A DNA stretch of 64,000 nt from contig JBFWNL010000003.1 of the NCBI GenBank assembly GCA_050251055.1, forward strand, positions 288,001 to 352,000, in the 5' to 3' direction. The translations under genes were made by a program, and so were the position numbers. Source of the DNA: Bacteriovoracia bacterium. Lineage in GTDB: Bacteria > Bdellovibrionota > UBA1018 > JBFWNL01. The notes beneath the pieces are model-generated. The model worked only from the letters and a program-made list of their open reading frames with translations. It searched no databases and was not told the DNA's origin. Below, one piece after another: positions 58,492 to 64,000 of this stretch (the first letter of the stretch is position 1; each line of letters opens with the position of its first letter).

Positions 58492-59070
58492 ATGCCCTCT
58501 CGGAATGCATTCCTCGGTGCGCGTCTAACCGCAAATCTCAAAAAAAACGACTTGAAGATCGTGCTGGTCGAAAGTTGCACGGGCGGGGCCGCGTCCGCCG
58601 CCCTGGCGCGTATCCCGGGGGTCAGCGCGCATCTTTGCGGCTCGTTCGTCGTATACCGGGAAGCATCGAAAATCGGATGGCTCGATGTTCCGCCCGCGAT
58701 GCTCGCGAACGACGGGGCCGTCGGCCGCGAGGTGACCGAGCTATTGGCCCTACGCGCGCTCGAGTGTACTCCGGAAGCCGATCTGGCGGCGGCAATCACC
58801 GGTCACTTGGGTCCCTTTGAGAAAACTGGAACGGGGCGCAGTCCTGCCGCGAAAAAAGATGGACTGATTTTCATGAGCGTTGCGGTGCGACACTCTAACA
58901 ACGCACGCCATCAACCAGTCGTTTTTTCTCGGCAAAAAAAATTGAGTAAGCCGGCGACAAAAAACCCGATGACCATGCGCATAAAACGCCAGGCGCAGGC
59001 TACGGAAATTTTTTTAGACATGGTATGTTCCGTGCTAACCACACCTGCAGTGAAACGTAAGGAGAACTAG
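58492..59070 (+). CDS. cinA: CinA C-terminal domain / nicotinamide-mononucleotide amidohydrolase (PncC-like)
   Basis: [29 protein letters not shown]; directly upstream of recA. Confidence 0.85.
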   Translation: MPSRNAFLGARLTANLKKNDLKIVLVESCTGGAASAALARIPGVSAHLCGSFVVYREASKIGWLDVPPAMLANDGAVGREVTELLALRALECTPEADLAAAITGHLGPFEKTGTGRSPAAKKDGLIFMSVAVRHSNNARHQPVVFSRQKKLSKPATKNPMTMRIKRQAQATEIFLDMVCSVLTTPAVKRKEN

Positions 59071-59075
59071 TCAGA

Positions 59076-60260
<1,185 letters not shown>

Positions 60261-60282
60261 TCGTCTGTAAAAGTAAGCACTG

Positions 60283-60320
60283 AAACGGGCCGGGGAGAAA
60301 TCCCTGGCCCGTTTTGCTTT
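60283..60320 (+). terminator. Intrinsic terminator after recA
   Basis: AAACGGGCCGGGGA-GAAA-TCCCTGGCCCGTTTTGCTTT. Confidence 0.8.
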
Positions 60321-60363
60321 TAGCCAGGAGACAATTGGCGAGGCGCTTGCTAGATTCTCCCGC

Positions 60364-60984
60364 ATGAAGGTCCTCCTCCGAACGCTCCGAAAACCTCCTG
60401 TCCTGCTGGCGGTCGTCCTGGCCTCCGCGCTCGCGATCGTGGTTGGGTATTTTTACCGAAAGAATCACCAATCCAATCAGCCAGTACGGGTGGAGGCCAA
60501 TGAACTCGTATTAAGTGACGGCCAGCGCATCGGCGGGCTCGGCTACGAGCTCAAGCTACTCAACGCCCTCTCGGAAAAGCCGCCGATCTACCTGCTGACT
60601 AGCTTCGAATGCCAAGAGTGTGACGCCCTTCCCGAGCTCATGGTTTACTCGGCGTTGACCAACCAAAGCGAAGCCATGAACTATCCCGGCCCGATTTCCG
60701 AATTCAGCCCCTCGAGCGACCTGGAAACCGTCACGATCTACGAAAGCCGCTTCTTCCACGGCGCCTGTCTAACCGACGTGCCTAACGGCGTCGTGCAGTT
60801 TCACAAAACCAGGGAGCCCGACGGAAACTGGCGCGAAGGCGTGACCGTCATCGATTTCCGGCTCGACGGAAGGATTGAGGGGAAACTGCTGGAGACCGAC
60901 TTGCCGTCGATCGAGACCGTGCTGCAGGCGGTTCGCGAGCACAAATGCCACGAAGTACCTACGCAAGACCAGGTGCAACTCTAG
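60364..60984 (+). CDS. Membrane-anchored hypothetical protein
   Basis: N-terminal TM anchor; ECQECDA and two more Cys; long ORF. Confidence 0.65.
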   Translation: MKVLLRTLRKPPVLLAVVLASALAIVVGYFYRKNHQSNQPVRVEANELVLSDGQRIGGLGYELKLLNALSEKPPIYLLTSFECQECDALPELMVYSALTNQSEAMNYPGPISEFSPSSDLETVTIYESRFFHGACLTDVPNGVVQFHKTREPDGNWREGVTVIDFRLDGRIEGKLLETDLPSIETVLQAVREHKCHEVPTQDQVQL

Positions 60985-61026
60985 GGTTCCTGTGTTACCC
61001 CTGAAGCATCCGAACTAGGAGACCTT

Positions 61027-61575
61027 ATGCAAAAACTTGCCGCTACGATCCTCGTCACTATTTTCGCCGCTACCCCCGCAATGGCCACGCCGAAGATCTA
61101 TTTCGAAAATAACAATTCCTTCGATTTCATGAATGAGACCATCACCGACGGCAAGGTGAAGATCGATCCGAACTTCTTTGGCAAATACGACTTAACGGAA
61201 ATGGTGAAAGACAACGCCGATGCTTTGAAGTACGCGAACCTGCACCGCGAGTACGCCAATTGCGGGGCCATCTGGGGCGCGAGCACCTTCGTCGTGGGGC
61301 TCACGGGGTTAATCGTCGGCGGCATGTTTAACAGCGCCGGCTGGGTACGCCCGGGCTACGCCTGGGCCGGCGGGATCGTGCTCTTGGCCGGCGGCCTGGT
61401 CGTCCGCAATAAAATGACCCGCGCCCGCCACTACCTCCATCGCGCGGTGAATACTTATAATGGTGTCGTGTATAAGGATGAAACTGAAGAAACGACGCCC
61501 CCCAAGTCGGCTTGGAACGTGGACTATCAACCACAGAATCAGTCGACTGCCGTGCAGTATCAGTTCACTTTTTAA
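61027..61575 (+). CDS. Exported/membrane hypothetical protein (DUF5683-like architecture)
   Basis: AGGAG SD, signal peptide, Gly-rich hydrophobic hairpin, C-terminal YQFTF beta-signal-like end. Confidence 0.6.
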   Translation: MQKLAATILVTIFAATPAMATPKIYFENNNSFDFMNETITDGKVKIDPNFFGKYDLTEMVKDNADALKYANLHREYANCGAIWGASTFVVGLTGLIVGGMFNSAGWVRPGYAWAGGIVLLAGGLVVRNKMTRARHYLHRAVNTYNGVVYKDETEETTPPKSAWNVDYQPQNQSTAVQYQFTF

Positions 61576-61665
61576 GTGGGCAAAATTTAAGCGCTAAAAT
61601 CCCGCATGTGTGTTGACGCGCCGAATTTAGCGCGCTAGGACGTGGCCCCATCAAAGGGGGAAATC

Positions 61666-62358
61666 ATGACGTTATTCAATCGGGCCATCGTATTATTAAG
61701 TCTGTTGTTCGCATCCGCTTGCGGGGTCGTTCCCGTAGCAACTTCGCCAGTGCTCACTTCCGCTGACCAGACCGCGCTTCAGGCGCTGGAGAACAGCGTC
61801 CAACAAAAACAACCGATCATGTTTCAGCTGTCCCCGGAAGGCGACGGTGAAGTCGTCACCGTCCCCCGCAACGGTGACGAAGCCTACGCCGATGCCTACA
61901 CCAATGGCGACCTGTACTTCCTTATCGGCCACCTCGCGGATGACTGGACCAAGGACGAGTGGACGAAATTTTATAGCGTCGCGAAGTGGTCGGTTCAGCG
62001 CAGATTTCGCGTCATCCTCAATCCCGTCACCTTCGTGCTCGACCTGAAAGAGGCCGTGCAAAACGAAAGGGCTTCCGTCATTATTTGGTCGAGCCACGCC
62101 GACACCAGCGGGACTATCTACGACGCCGCCAAGCGACCAGTCCCGACGAATATTTTTTATGAAAAAGCGGGACGCGCCAAACGCCACTATACTTTCAGTA
62201 ACTGCTATTCTGACCTGACGGTAAACACGTATTCGTTCCCGGTAGGCACCCAGATGACTCACTGGACGGGTACGACCACTTCGGGTCAGTTATTCGCGTA
62301 TCTCTTTTCCGACCGCTGGAATCGGGCCCTAGAAGAAACCCTGGGCATCAAATTCTAG
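61666..62358 (+). CDS. Hypothetical lipoprotein
   Basis: GGGGG SD, lipobox FASACG; IIWSSHA and FSNCYS motifs (possible caspase/CHAT-like His-Cys spacing, weak). Confidence 0.6.
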   Translation: MTLFNRAIVLLSLLFASACGVVPVATSPVLTSADQTALQALENSVQQKQPIMFQLSPEGDGEVVTVPRNGDEAYADAYTNGDLYFLIGHLADDWTKDEWTKFYSVAKWSVQRRFRVILNPVTFVLDLKEAVQNERASVIIWSSHADTSGTIYDAAKRPVPTNIFYEKAGRAKRHYTFSNCYSDLTVNTYSFPVGTQMTHWTGTTTSGQLFAYLFSDRWNRALEETLGIKF

Positions 62359-62385
62359 ATATAATGCCGTAGGCACCCGGCATCC

Positions 62386-62417
62386 GCGAAGCCCCCAAGT
62401 AGACTTGGGGGCTTCGC
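62386..62417. terminator. Perfect hairpin between convergent genes (probable bidirectional terminator)
   Basis: GCGAAGCCCCCAAGT-AG-ACTTGGGGGCTTCGC. Confidence 0.7.
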
Positions 62418-62452
62418 TTCAATACCAAATTTCGTTCTGACGGATTTTCTTA

Positions 62453-62788
62453 CTACTGTTTCTTGAGGGGAATCCGACCGAGCGTCTTCAGCCGGCACTT
62501 GTCCCCTTCTATGGCCAAGGTGGCCGTGTAGCGGATGACCGGTTGGCCTTCCGACGGGATACCTCCACGGACATCGGCCTCTACAAACAAGGTGTCTTCG
62601 CTTTTCCAATTCCGATGAATACGGGTGGCGAAGTAGTCTGCTTTATAGATGGTCATCACGCTTTCCACAGCGCTGGCCGCGTCGGTGACGAGTTCTTCAC
62701 AGATTTCCGTTTGGAGATCCCCGCCCGCAAAACTGCGAAGGGGAATGAGGGACATGCAGGACAAGACAATAGCGATGCCGTATTTCAT
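62453..62788 (-). CDS. Small exported hypothetical protein
   Basis: AAGGAG SD, signal peptide ending SFA, two Cys in the mature part. Confidence 0.65.
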   Translation of the reverse strand: MKYGIAIVLSCMSLIPLRSFAGGDLQTEICEELVTDAASAVESVMTIYKADYFATRIHRNWKSEDTLFVEADVRGGIPSEGQPVIRYTATLAIEGDKCRLKTLGRIPLKKQ

Positions 62789-62902
62789 ACGAGCTCCTTA
62801 TTTTGTTGTCATTATCCTTGCGTGCCGGCTTTATAGCTCATTGCGTTATATTATACAAGGGGAATCCCTTTAATCCGTTTCCGCGGGCTGGTATGGTGAT
62901 AG

Positions 62903-64000
<1,098 letters not shown>

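Noticed and set aside
58444-59075. LexA/SOS box upstream of cinA-recA
   Set aside because: No convincing match to GAAC-N4-GTTC, CTGT-N8-ACAG or TTAC-N3-GTAA seen by eye
60335-60351. sigma54-type GG-N10-GC (TTGGCGAGGCGCTTGCT) before gene 60364
   Set aside because: Overlaps an extended -10 that explains the site equally well; cannot be discriminated from sequence alone

Overview
GC-rich (roughly 60%) bacterial chromosome segment, most consistent with Bdellovibrionota/Oligoflexia-type predatory bacteria. This is inferred from a TIGR02147-like regulator, a TIGR04552/TIGR04562-like protein, many exported hypotheticals and deltaproteobacterial-type gene orders. The housekeeping backbone is rpsL-rpsG-fusA-tuf, clpP-clpX-lon, kynA, dusB, pepP, greA-recG, pgpA-cinA-recA and a partial alaS. 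Almost every conserved operon is interrupted by 1-4 accessory genes, mostly for exported proteins. No integrase, transposase, tRNA, rRNA or CRISPR array was seen. Strongest leads: (i) a translationally coupled three-gene operon joining a RelA/SpoT-like nucleotidyltransferase to two degenerate flavoprotein-fold proteins, one carrying four Fe-S modules; (ii) a 2.1-kb regulator plus secreted-protein islet flanked by an identical 25-bp copy of the tuf terminator; (iii) a membrane glycosyltransferase-like gene inside the str operon; (iv) a 12-kb exported-protein cluster with a Cys-elbow patatin, tandem NLP-like paralogs and head-to-head 1-repeat versus 18-repeat adhesins with homologous LamG-like tips; (v) an exported HHSS...SGHY-domain effector next to a possible invertible promoter; (vi) two GH43-like paralogs, each with a sigma54-type promoter. 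All family assignments come from motif recognition by eye, not database searches.
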